Below, in pieces: positions 1 to 11,128 of a DNA stretch of 64,000 nucleotides. This DNA is from Girardia tigrina (taxonomy: Eukaryota): the NCBI GenBank assembly GCA_001938485.1, contig MQRK01188858.1:1-64000 (forward strand). Direction: 5' to 3'. Under the pieces are notes generated by a model. It saw nothing but the letters and a program-made list of their open reading frames with translations, searched no databases and was not told the origin of the DNA. Both the position numbers and the translations under genes were made by a program. Every line of letters begins with the position of its first letter. Within the stretch, counting starts at the first letter, position 1.

Positions 1-204
1 ATTCACGCAGCCTCGGCACCTTTAATAGTCAGCGACAGAAGCACTGCTATTACGGTCCCAATTAAGCGAACAATCGCTATTGATATTGCGAATCATTGGT
101 CCGAGGAAGAAGTTGAAAGTGTTGGGGTACTGAGGGCGATTGAGTTTTTATTGAACAATAAAATAAAACAAGAAATTCTTTTATTAGAATATTTATATTT
201 ATAA
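1..204 (+). other. Open reading frame truncated by the window start (IHAASAPLIVSDRSTAITVPIKRTIAIDIANHWSEEEVESVGVLRAIEFLL...), unidentified
   Basis: Frame 1 is open from base 1 to TAA at 202-204 and is GC-richer than its flank; no recognisable motif. Confidence 0.2.
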
Positions 205-900
205 TTTACAAGTGTTACAAGCTTTTGATACAAATCTTNNNNNNNNNNNNNNNNNNNNNNNNNNNNNNNNNNNNNNNNNNNNNNNNNNNNNNNNNNNNNN
301 NNNNNNNNNNNNNNNNNNNNNNNNNNNNNNNNNNNNNNNNNNNNNNNNNNNNNNNNNNNNNNNNNNNNNNNNNNNNNNNNNNNNNNNNNNNNNNNNNNNN
401 NNNNNNNNNNNNNNNNNNNNNNNNNNNNNNNNNNNNNNNNNNNNNNNNNNNNNNNNNNNNNNNNNNNNNNNNNNNNNNNNNNNNNNNNNNNNTATATAAT
501 ATAATTAATAAGATAAATAGGGTAAACAAGATTTATTTAACCCCATAATTAAAACAAAAATACATAATATTGATTTTTTAAAATTAAAATTAATTCACAT
601 ACTCAACATATGGAAGTGTCAAGCCACAGAGTTGTTGATTGTTTGTTATTAAGGAAATTATTTGGTAATTTGAAGAATATTTTGTGTTTAGTATTTGTAA
701 TTTTCTGTGACATTGTTTGTTAAGGTAACATTATTGTTTTTCTCCTATTTTTGTTCGCCATTAGTGATAATGTGAATTTAATATGTATTTGTGTAAAGAT
801 TGTAAGTGTAGATGTATATCGTCAGGTGTGTTCTACTTGCAGTCTCAGACCAATATAAAATAACCGAAAATGGGGAAAATTTCGTTATATTATGTTGTGA

Positions 901-1140
901 AATAAAAATCCAAATGAGAACAAAGCTAACGAAAAATACAGTTTAAAATACATTTCTGCTGAATTGATTTTGAAACCTAAAATCGATAAAGCTTTACATG
1001 ATTTAAAGCAATCATCAATGGTAAGTCCTGTTTTGCTCTTTCCATGCATGAGAAAGTTTATACTGGATACAGATCTCAATTTTGATACCATAGGAGTAAT
1101 TTCATCGCAAAGGATATATAAAATGAAGCTTTTTCGATAA
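901..1140 (+). mobile_element. Ty3/gypsy RT-RNase H remnant
   Basis: Translates to KALHDLKQSSMVSPVLLFPCMRKFILDTDLNFDTIGVISSQ, matching the gypsy AFxxLK...PVL...FILDTDASxxxIGAVLSQ signature. Confidence 0.75.
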
Positions 1141-1487
1141 AAAATAATAAAAAAAACTTTTAATTTTCATGAAATAAAAATTAAAATATTCCTGAAAACT
1201 TCTTAATTGAAAAGCTTTCTAGATTTTGTTCACGCCAAAAGTAGAAATCTAATATTGTACAGTTCTGCAAATATGACAAAAAATAAATATTTTACTGCAC
1301 ATTTTTTAAGCTAAATAAAATTCATATAAAAACAAACATTTAATTGTTTGTTAGTTTTTTTTCAAAAAGATATATTTTATTAAATTATTTTACCCACAAC
1401 TCAGTGTATAACTACTTAAAATGTCTCGAGGAGTATTATTCTATTTTTTAATAGCTTACTTTCTATATATATATATATATATATATA

Positions 1488-1605
1488 TATCCATGGAATT
1501 TAGAAACCTATTTTTGAAGGCTTTTTACTCAATCAATTTTCTTCAAATTTTACACACTTACTCGTTTTCGATGACAATAAATGATAACGTGAAAATTTGA
1601 TCAAA
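1488..1605 (+). repeat. Dispersed repeat (probable TE terminus), inverted copy at 21684-21800
   Basis: tatccatggaatttagaaacctatttttgaaggctttttactcaat...gaaaatttgatcaaa aligns with the reverse complement of 21684-21800; preceded by (TA)n. Confidence 0.75.
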
Positions 1606-1982
1606 AAGATTTTTCTAACGACCCAGATGAGAAAAAAACGTCCAAATCGGAGTTCCTAAACAATATTATTATAAAAAATCTACTTTTGAATTATAAGTTT
1701 AGACAAAAAAGTAAATATAATGGTTTTAAAATGAATTTTTTTTCAAAGAAATTATTTAACGAAAAATAAAATTACAAATAATATCATAATAAATATAATA
1801 AAAAAATAATATTTCAAAATGAACCGTGAAATGTATTTGTTTTACTAAGCTAATTTATTTTATACTCAAATACAAATATTTCAAATATTCCAGATCAGAT
1901 ATAGTTTGATATTTAAATACATAAATTTATATATCTTAGCGAATTGTGACACAAATAAGCTTCAATAGAAAATGATAAAGAA

Positions 1983-2099
1983 ATGAATTTAAAATTTTAC
2001 TACAAAGGTCAAGTAATTTCCGTCAATATCAATGAAAATTCAGAAATAAAAAAGATTTATGAATCTTCTATATCGAAATTCGATTATCATTTTTCCAAG
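1983..2099 (+). CDS. par-3: Par-3-like gene, coding exon 1 (MNLKFYYKGQVISVNINENSEIKKIYESSISKFDYHFSK)
   Basis: First in-frame ATG after an upstream TAA; ends AAG|gtagtc, phase 0; first half of a Par3/HAL N-terminal beta-grasp-like domain. Confidence 0.65.
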
Positions 2100-2177
2100 G
2101 TAGTCGATAACGTTTTCTAAATGAAAATTAATAATAGTTAATTTCATTGAACAAAATCGATTTGATTCCGAATACAG

Positions 2178-2282
2178 GAACTCGTGTTATTCAGTTTTCA
2201 AGTTCGATTGCGAATCAAAAGAAACAATCGATTTTTAGACTGGAAAGATGTCGCCAGCGGAGTGCTGATGGACGATGACTTA
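2178..2282 (+). CDS. par-3: Par-3-like gene, exon 2 (ELVLFSFQVRLRIKRNNRFLDWKDVASGVLMDDDL)
   Basis: tacag|GAA acceptor and TTA|gtaaat donor, phase 0-0; LDWKDVASGVLMDDDL resembles the LDxDDxxxDVxDDxD motif of the Par3/HAL N-terminal domain. Confidence 0.7.
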
Positions 2283-2328
2283 GTAAATTTGATATATAAC
2301 GATCGTATAATCGATTTATGCCTCACAG

Positions 2329-2467
2329 ATTATCATAGAACCAAAAGACAGCGTATTGATATCGAATAATCAGAGTTGCCACGCTCCCAAACGCTATGAC
2401 ATATCACATATCGAGAATAATTTCGCTTCTTCTTCCAATAAAGATTCGCGACAATTTCTCGATACTC
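2329..2467 (+). CDS. par-3: Par-3-like gene, exon 3 (IIIEPKDSVLISNNQSCHAPKRYDISHIENNFASSSNKDSRQFLDT)
   Basis: cacag|ATT acceptor after a 46-nt intron; open frame; ACT C|gtaatt donor, phase 1. Confidence 0.65.
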
Positions 2468-2729
2468 GTAATTGATTTATTTTTAATTAAAATATTTTTA
2501 TTAAATTATATTTTTAATAATTAATAATTATTTATTGCGATTGTTTTAATTATGATTTTTGTTATTTCTTATTTTCTTTTATTTTTTGTTATTATTTATT
2601 ATTTTTTGTCATTATTTCCGATTTATTATTATTATTAATACTTCTAATTACTATTGTGTTTCGCTATTTTTTTGTTGATATTTAATATTTTTGTTATTTA
2701 TTATTTTTGTTATTTATTTATTTTGTTAT

Positions 2730-3480
2730 TAATTATTATTTTGGTCAATATTTTTTATTGTTATTTAATATTTTCTTTTTATTTATTTTTTGTTTTTAAT
2801 TATTATTTTTATTAATATTTTTTGTTGTTATTATTTTCTTTTTATTTATTGTTTTTGTAATTAATTATTATTTTTATCAATATTTTTCATTGTTATTTAT
2901 TATTTTCTTTTTATTTATTTTTTGTTTTTAATTATTATTTTTATTAATATTTTTTGTTGTTATTATTTTCTTTTTATTTATTTTTTGTTTTTAATTATTA
3001 TTTTTATTAATATTTTTTGTTGTTATTTATTATTTTGTTTTTTTTTATTTTTTGTTATTAATTATTATTTTTATTAATATTTTTTTGTTGTTATTATTTT
3101 CTTTTTATTTATTTTTTTGTAATTAATTATTATTTTTATCAATATTTTTCATTGTTATTTATTATTTTCTTTTTATTTATTTTTTATTATTAATTATTAT
3201 TTTTATTAATACTTTTGTTGTTAATTATTATTTTCTTTTTATTTATTTTTTGTTATTAATTATTTTTTTGTTGTTATTTAATATTTTTGTTATTTATTAT
3301 TTTGTTAGTATTTATAATTTTTTTAATTATTATTTTTATCAATATTTTTTGTTGTTATTTATTATTTTGTTAGTATTTATAATTTTTTTAATTATTATTT
3401 TTATCAATATTTTTTGTTGTTATTTATTATTTTCTTTTTATTTATTTTTTTGTAATTAATTATTATTTTTATCAATATTT
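2730..3480 (+). repeat. T-rich degenerate minisatellite (about 57-60 bp unit) within low-complexity tract 2470-3720
   Basis: Repeated ttaattattatttttattaatattttttgttgttatttattattttctttttatttattttttg-like units. Confidence 0.85.
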
Positions 3481-4220
3481 TTTAATATTTTTGGCATTAT
3501 ATATTATAGTCGTTTATATTTTTTGTTATTATTTATTATTTATTATTTTTGTCATTATTTTCGATTATTTATTATTATTATTATAGCTTCTAATTTCTAT
3601 TATTTTTGTCAATATTTTTTTGTTATTAATTATTTATTTGTTATTTATTACTTTTGTTATTAATTATTATTTATAATGCTTTGTTATTATTTATAATTTT
3701 TTTCCATTTTTTTAATTATTTTTTGTTATTTTGCATTTTATTTAAATTCATAAACAACACAATTAATAATTTCAATAAAAAAAATATTTTCTATTTCCTT
3801 TAGTAATTTAAAATCAATTCACCGATCTTTAATTTTTAAGTAATCTTCTTTTTAACTCAATAATTATTTTGCTTTTTAAAACAGAAAATTAAAACGAATA
3901 TCGAATAATTTTTTTTAATCATATTTATTCTAAAATAATATTTAGTTTTAAACTTTTAAGAACATTTAATCCACAAATCATTAAAACATTTAATTCTAAA
4001 TCATTAAAAATATTTAAAATTATTTCAAAACTCACTTGAAATTTTAAATTATTATATTTTTTAAAAATTATTATTTATTTCTATTTTTACGAAAATTTAT
4101 TTCCCACTTTAATTTAAAAAATTCTTATGCAAATGTTTTAGTGTGAGTTAAAAATTATACCTTTTGTTATTATTATTTTTGTTATTATTTAATGTATATT
4201 TATTATATCATATTTTGAAG

Positions 4221-4297
4221 CTCCGAGTTTACCGGTAAAATTGAAACAACCTTCTCAGAACGAATCCGGATTCCCAAACCGATTGCATAAATATCAG
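4221..4297 (+). CDS. par-3: Par-3-like gene, exon 4 (PPSLPVKLKQPSQNESGFPNRLHKYQ)
   Basis: ttttgaag|CT acceptor, phase 1 (C+CT gives Pro with exon 3); CAG|gtgata donor, phase 0; GC-richer island in AT-rich flanks. Confidence 0.65.
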
Positions 4298-4929
4298 GTG
4301 ATATATTTATCGATCGTTATCGTATCACTTTTCAATTTTGATTTTGCCATAAATCAGAATAAAATTGGTTTAAATACAATCAATATCATTAAAATCACGT
4401 GAAAATTTGACATAGAAAATATTTTTTCAAATTATTACTTCACTGTCGTATACTGTCATAAATGTTCGATTGTATTTCATCTAAAATTAAAATTTATTAT
4501 TTAAAAAACATAATTTTTATTCAAAGAAATCAAAAATATCTCATCCAAAAGCATCACTTGTAGCGCATATTCTCATATGACAAAAATGCGCTATTGTATT
4601 CATCATGACCGTGTATGTATGTACGTGTTTGTCACAGCAAATTACGGGTACCGGGTGCGTCCAAGACCCCATAAACTATATATTTTCGGATAGGTCTCGT
4701 CAACAGCGATCCAAACAGTTTCTTTTTCAGTTTTCGGGAGATTGAGGAAATGTCGGGCAGAAGTCTTCATCTACGAGTGCTCGTCAGCTATCATAAGACC
4801 TTTGTTGGGAGAGTTTTCGATGTCTAGTATTTAACAAATGTATTTGTGAAAAGAAAAGGAAAAATAAAAAAAATATTAAATCAAATCTTGTTTTTTTTGT
4901 CAAGGTTTTCTTTCAGGTTGAACATTTAA

Positions 4930-5252
4930 CCACCGTACCTCTTTGAACGAGCGTGACTCGTCGTCAAACAACTTTCCCGATCGCAACAACCCGAGTGACG
5001 CTCGTTCATATAATCAAAACCAATAGAAAAAGGAAAATGATGGTGATGAGGTGGAGAGACAAAAGAGACATGTTTTTCTATCAACGGTTCATGGTGCAAC
5101 CATGATTGAATTAGACAGCGGAAAACAGCTGGTTTTACGACCTATTATTGCCAAAAAGTACCATAACAAAAATTATTATCTTGGTTACAATAATAAAAAA
5201 ACGTGGTGATTTTTTTACCTACCTAGTGGAAAATAACCCAAAGGTAAGGTGG
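4930..5252. mobile_element. piggyBac-like MITE nested in the HINE-like element
   Basis: TTAA on both sides (4926-4929, 5253-5256); TIR ccaccgtacct / aggtaaggtgg; internal inverted repeat gaacgagcgtgactcg / cgagtgacgctcgttc. Confidence 0.75.
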
Positions 5253-5329
5253 TTAAAGAAACTGTTATGTATTTTATTAAACTGATTTTTTAAAATACTA
5301 ATATTTCTATGATATTAACCATTTCGTAG

Positions 5330-6300
5330 ACCAATCGCAGTATAATACACTATTCGCAGTATAAAATACCAATCACAATAAAATACACTATTCACAGTAT
5401 AATACACTATTCAGAGTATAATACAATATTCACAGTATAATACACTGTTCGCTGTATAAAATACCAATCAAAGTATAATACACTATTCGCAGTATAATAC
5501 ACTATTCGCAGTTTAAAATACCAATCACAATATAATACACTATTCACAGTATAATACAATATTCACAGTATAAAATACCACTCACAGTATAATACACTAT
5601 TCGCTGTATAAAATACCAATCACAATATAATACACTATTCACAGTATTAAATACCAATCACAATAAAATACACTATTCGCAGTATAAAATACCAATCACA
5701 GTATAATATACTATTCGCAGTATAAAATACCAATCACAATAAAATACACTATTCGCAGTATAAAATACCAATCACAATAAAATACACTATTCGCAGTATA
5801 AAATACCAATCACAGTATAATATACTATTCGCAGTATAAAATACCAATATAATACACTATTCACAGTATAAAATACCAATCACAATATAATACACTATTC
5901 ACAGTATAAAATACCAATATAATACACTATTCGCAGTATAAAGTACCAATCACAATAAAATACACTATGCGCAGTATAAAATACCAATCACAATAAAATA
6001 CACTATTCGCAGTATAAAATACCAATCACAATATAATACACTATTCACAGTATAATACACTATTCAGAGTATAATACAATATTCACAGTATAATACACTG
6101 TTCGCTGTATAAAATACCAATCAAAGTATAATACACTATTCGCAGTATAATACACTATTCGCAGTATAAAATACCAATCACAATATAATACACTATTCGC
6201 TGTATAAAATACCAATCACAGTATAATACACTATTCATAGTATAAAATACCACTCACAGTATAATAAACCATTCACAGTATAATATAATATTCGCAGTAA
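5330..6300 (+). repeat. Tandem array of about 19-bp monomers, two variants often alternating as 38-bp dimers
   Basis: cagtataatacactattcg and cagtataaaataccaatca repeated head-to-tail without unique spacers. Confidence 0.95.
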
Positions 6301-6789
6301 AAAACTATTTAGAAAAAGAGAAAATGCGCTGTACTTCACTCATCGCAGTGAGTACTGATCTATATTTTTTAGTTTAAAATTACAAATTTTTTAATTAATA
6401 AAATAAAAATTTTCTTTATTTAAAAAATGAAATTCAAAATTAATTTTTCAAACATATTTCTATTATACAAACAATTTCCAGGCCAATCAAAATTTATTAA
6501 TTTTGACGGTTTAACCGTCATCGTCAGAACAAATGATTTTTCAAACGAAATTTACTTATATAGTGCAGTTAATGATTGTGCAATCAATACGTCATCAGTA
6601 AATCATTTAAAAACTCCCATCAAAGTTGCAGAGAATGCGGTTTGAAAGCTAATTTTAGGATCTAAAGATCTTATAACGCTTCACATATCACTCTATCCCA
6701 ATAATTTTTTAAATCGAGTGCACAGAATTTTAAAGTATTGTGAATTTATAAGTTTAAAACGGTATTTATAATATTAAATTTAATACACA

Positions 6790-7530
6790 AATTAGACAAC
6801 TTTTTATTCTGTGCAATTATTTTATCATTAATGGTTTAATTAGAAGAATTTTCTGACATACTTATGCATAATTGATAAATAAAATCATCACTAACATCCT
6901 TAAGAAGATTTCTATTGATTGTCAGATGTCTGATGATTTTGCTTCGTCTTTTCTTTTCTTTTTCCAACATTCTTCTCAGGATCTTGTGCTGAATTGTCCG
7001 AACTTCTGAAAATTCTTCCACTTTAAAACACGAATTTTATTGGCTTTGAAAAAATCCTGTACTGTCGTGGTCATGTGCTTTGGATCTTTAGCCTGTTGAA
7101 ATACCCAACCTCAACAAAAATAAAATTTTAGTACCAGTGATATTCTTGTCCATTATGAACTCTATGCAATGTATTGGACCAATCATCTCACGACTAAAGG
7201 CACCCCAAACCAACACATGACCACCTCAATGCTTTACTGTAGGCAACTGATACTTTTTATCCATTCTTTTACTGACAGGTCCTCTTACATACTTAATTCC
7301 ATAACTCTTAAAGACCATGAACTTCGATTTTTCAGGAAAAGAACCTTTGACCATTCTTTGGACGTCCAGTTAAGATTTTCCTTTGCAAACTTGACTCGGG
7401 CCTTTCGATTCTTTACCAAGATCAAAGGTTTTTTGCAAGTTGACAACCAAATAAATTTGCTTTCTAAAGACGACGTTTTGTAGTATCAACACTACACTTA
7501 ACATTATAGTCCAATTTCGATAATATTGTA
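6790..7530 (-). mobile_element. Tc1-family transposase remnant
   Basis: KKPLILVKNRKARVKFAKENLNWTSKEWSKVLF...LPTVKH*GGHVLVWGAFS...WVFQQAKDPKH with stops and frameshifts. Confidence 0.9.
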
Positions 7531-7539
7531 AGAATTCTC

Positions 7540-8150
7540 TCGTATTTTTGTGATGTTACTAAATACTTAAATGGTTACAAGATATGGTGTTTGAGTTCCG
7601 CATAATTTGACCATTTAGAGGTCGCATCTAGATCAGCTGTGTAATTTAGGCGGTACATACATGTACCGAGAGTCTCAAAAGGGTTAAGTGAATCAAATGT
7701 TTGGGATAGAATTTCAGCTTGTGGTTTTCTACTGAAATGCAATAACGATGAACCATTTAAAAGCAAATGGTTACAGGCCAATGAAAATGGATTATAAAAA
7801 TAACGTTAAACGATCAAGACACAGGCGTAATCCAGAATCATCTCAATTAATCACTTCTAAGGCTGGTTTGAATTTTAATAAAATCATGCTTAATATTTAG
7901 TTATATTAGGAACAATTGCATTATTATAAATTACTTCTATCAAACCAAAATATTAATTCTTAGAAGTTTTCTTCCAAGTTTGACTGAAAGCAAATATTCA
8001 AAACAAGTACCATAACTAGTTAACCGAGTTTAATTGGAATGTTCTGATTCATCTTTCATATTCACCGGATATCGAACCATCCAATTTTCAATTATTTAGA
8101 ACCTTGGAAAATCATTTAATGGTAAAATTGATTGTTTGAAGGATTATCAA
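7540..8150 (+). mobile_element. mariner transposase remnant
   Basis: YGV*VPHNL (WVPHEL-like), DRISACGFLLKCNNDEPF, and WNVLIHLSYSPDIEPSNFQLF (YSPDLAP-like). Confidence 0.75.
7611..7683. mobile_element. 73-bp piggyBac-like mini-insertion inside the mariner remnant
   Basis: Flanked by ttga/ttaa; termini ccatttagag / ctcaaaaggg; removal restores VPHNLSESN; a similar terminus gtaccgggacttaaagggttaa occurs at about 31864-31885. Confidence 0.55.
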
Positions 8151-8281
8151 ACGCACCTTAAAATTACATAAAATATGAAATAAATAAATATAAATAAAAA
8201 ATTACCTAAAATTACCTAAAATTACTTAAAATTACCTAAAATATAGCAGATAGCTGTAAATAAAGGGGAACATTATATCAT

Positions 8282-9593
8282 CAGGGTGATCATAAAGTAA
8301 CTACCAGGTTTTAAACTGCAATAACTTTTTTTGGCAAAACATTATGAAAAAATGGTTTTAAATAACAAAAAAGCATTTATTAAAATTTAATAATACTCAA
8401 CCTTAATAATACATCGACCTCAATACAATATTTAAGGCATCCATGAAAAGACTTAATGGCATTTTGGCACATTTCACCATCTATTTTTGCCGCTTCTTGA
8501 CAAATAAAATCTTTAAGTTGCTGAATTGTTTCTGGTTTTCTCTTATACACTTCATTCTTCAAATACCCCACACAAAAAATTGAGTGGTGTCAAATCATGT
8601 GACATGGCCGGCCATACATATGGACCACATCGTCCCAGCCAACGTTGTAGAAACGCTTCATCCCAGAAATTGTCACACAATAAGTGAATAATGGGCAGGT
8701 GCTCCATCTTGCTGGAACACAGTTTTCCGTTTGTATGTTCTTGATAACGATGTCATAAAGCAAATTTTTAACATATCCAGGTAAAGCGCCGCTGTTATGT
8801 TTCCTTCAATAAAAAAGGGCCCATAAACACGAGTTGAAGACAACCTTATCCAAACATTTACTTTTTCACTAGCTTGTGACCTCTGATATGTTTCGGTTGG
8901 TGTTTCAGTGCCCCAAATGCGACAGTTTATCTTTTTACAATGCCGTTAAGATGGAAAGTTGACTCATCAGAGAATATCAGGTTACTAAGAAAATTTTCAT
9001 CTGTATCAATCGATTGAATTAACGTTTCACATATAACACGTCTAAGAGCGCAATCTTCTTCATACAAAATTTGCGTGGCTTGAATTCTGTAGGGGAACAT
9101 TTTTAAGTCGTTTCGTAATACTTTTTGAACAGTTCCATAAGAGCAATTCAGAGTTGACAACGATTTTCTGATAGAAGACTGGGGTTCTTGCTTAAAATGT
9201 TCTGCTATCTCATTTTTCTTTTCATCATCAATCGGTGGTCTTCCAGATTTTTGGGGCATTTAGAACGCTTCCTGTTTCTTCAAACTTTTTGAAGATGCTT
9301 CTAATACTTTTTTCAGTTGGAATATTTTTCCATTTAAGTCGTTGAAGTTCTCTTCTGACTAAAGTCACTGACTCATGCTTCGCAAATAAAATAACAATTT
9401 TTACACGCTGATTTACATCCATTTTGAATCTTACGCTTAAAACAATACAACAATTAATACATTTAAATAAAATGTACTTTTAATTAAATTTTAAAGAATA
9501 AGCTTCAAGATTCCTTTATAATTAAAAAGAAATACAAAATAATTCAAAAGTTATTGCAGTTTTAAACCCGGTAGTTACTTTACGATCACCATG
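8282..9593 (-). mobile_element. Full-length but mutated Tc1/mariner element of the DD41D (rosa/Visitor) group
   Basis: About 48-bp TIRs (cagggtgatcataaagtaactacc.../...ggtagttactttacgatcaccatg); transposase 9422 to about 8380 with DUF4817-like HTH, FSDESTFH, FQQDGAPAH and WPAMSHDLTPL; 41 residues between the 2nd and 3rd catalytic positions after frameshift correction. Confidence 0.9.
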
Positions 9594-10194
9594 TATTGTT
9601 AAATAAATTATTTTTAATATATATACCAAATAATTTTTATGGAAAAAAACAATTTTTATTTAAAGAATCCAAAATTATTCATTAGCCAACGTATTATTTG
9701 TATTTATTGTTGTTTTTTACATATTTTTAATTAATTAAAAAAACTACCTCATCGAAAATTTTCAATTATCTTTCCAAAGGAAAATTATTGTGGATAATAA
9801 ATTTTTTTTATAAAATTTTCAAACAATGATGTCTTGTATGTTTAGTAAACATGTAGAAACATCAAAGTTTAGAATTTCAAATAACATTGTCAAATTAATA
9901 ATTTGGTTGTTGTTTACAGATAAAAAACCCATTGTTGATTAGGGATACAATTATTTAAATATTATAATAGTTTCTTAATTTTCTTGTATATTCAACGACA
10001 CTCGGTTTTTAAGCGACTTCGGACTCTACCGAATAAATTTCGTATCACAAAAGCGACGATTTCTGACAGATACGTGATAAATTAATATTTTGCAAACGGG
10101 ATATTTTTTTCGCTTGTTGAATTATTTAGGAGACGAATTTATCGCAGAAATGGTGCTTCATTGATGAATTTTATTTATAAATTAACGAATAATA

Positions 10195-11128
10195 GGATCT
10201 ATTATAAATAGGACCTGGGTCCTTCATTTTTAAGTATAATTTTGGGTTCATTTTTTAATAGATCCGAATGTTGAAACGTAAACTCTTGTGTGACACCTTT
10301 AACATAGTAAAGAAATTATACCCCATTAAAAACTGTGACAAATATACTTTTAGATACTATAATCGTGGTTGTAGTAACTTAAAAAGAATAACACGCATCC
10401 GACGGGGTAGTTTTTTATAAGAAAGTAAAATTGAACCAAGAACATTTTTGGAAGTTTTCTTCAAATATTCCAAAGAAGAATCTGTAAAGAAAATGTTGGA
10501 TGATTTCAGTATTTCATTTCCGAAACTAATAAAAATCTATCAAAAGATAAGGCAGTGCATTCGAAGATACTTTGATAGCAACCAGATAAAATTAGGCTGT
10601 GTCGAAACTATTATACAAATTGATTGAAACATATTTTCACATAATCAAAATTATAATTGAGGAAAATATATCTGCGGAAAAGATATGAGTTTTTGGAATT
10701 GTGGACAAAACTTTTACACCATGTTAAGGATACATGGAAATTGTTCCTGATCGTGAAGTCGAAACTTTAGTATCAATCATTCGAAGAGCATGTAAAGATC
10801 CAACAATAATTAATTCTGATGAGTTGCGGGCTTATAGATCATTAACTCAGCATGGATTCAATCATCCAACTGTTAACTATAGTTTATTCTTTGTGGATTC
10901 AATAATTTAAAACTGTCTAAACCGCGTATTTACTACAATTCATTGAGCGTGATAATAATAATAATAAATTATTTAATCCTTTAAGTTTTTATCATGCTTG
11001 AAAGAAACTTTAATTATTCAATCAAATACTTAAAATTTGTCTCTGGTTTTCCTATTATAATACATTTTAGTGTAATTTTCGGTTTCGTTATTTTAATAGT
11101 GTATTTTGGGATTTTTTTTAATAGATGC
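10195..11128 (+). mobile_element. Merlin (ISXO2/IS1595-like) transposon remnant
   Basis: IKLGCVETIIQID, VFGIVDKTFTP, GYMEIVPDREVETLVSII, INSDELRAY, HPTVNYSLFFVD; ggatctatta-type termini at 10195, 10265 (inverted) and about 11128 (inverted). Confidence 0.85.

Larger units (their letters stand above)
4561..6370 (+). mobile_element. DINE-1/HINE-like non-autonomous Helentron-associated element
   Basis: 5' subTIR agcgcatattctc (4562-4574) with adjacent inverted copy aaaatgcgct; (GTAT)n microsatellite near 4612; central tandem array; 3' subTIR gagaaaatgcgct (6318-6330); hairpin gtacttcact-catcgc-agtgagtac (6331-6355); T-run. Confidence 0.75.

Noticed and set aside
212-548. ORFs spanning N runs (also 57372-57658 and 29029-29328)
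   Set aside because: Artefacts of translating assembly gaps.
2100-2137. Alternative 38-nt first intron giving LISLNKIDLIP...ADGR*
   Set aside because: Ends in an early stop and loses the LDxxD..VLxDDD motif; the 2178 acceptor gives a continuous multi-exon frame.
3250-3459. Hydrophobic 69-aa ORF
   Set aside because: Translation of the T-rich minisatellite.
5330-6300. CRISPR-like periodic array
   Set aside because: No unique spacers, no cas genes, eukaryotic context; it is a tandem satellite.
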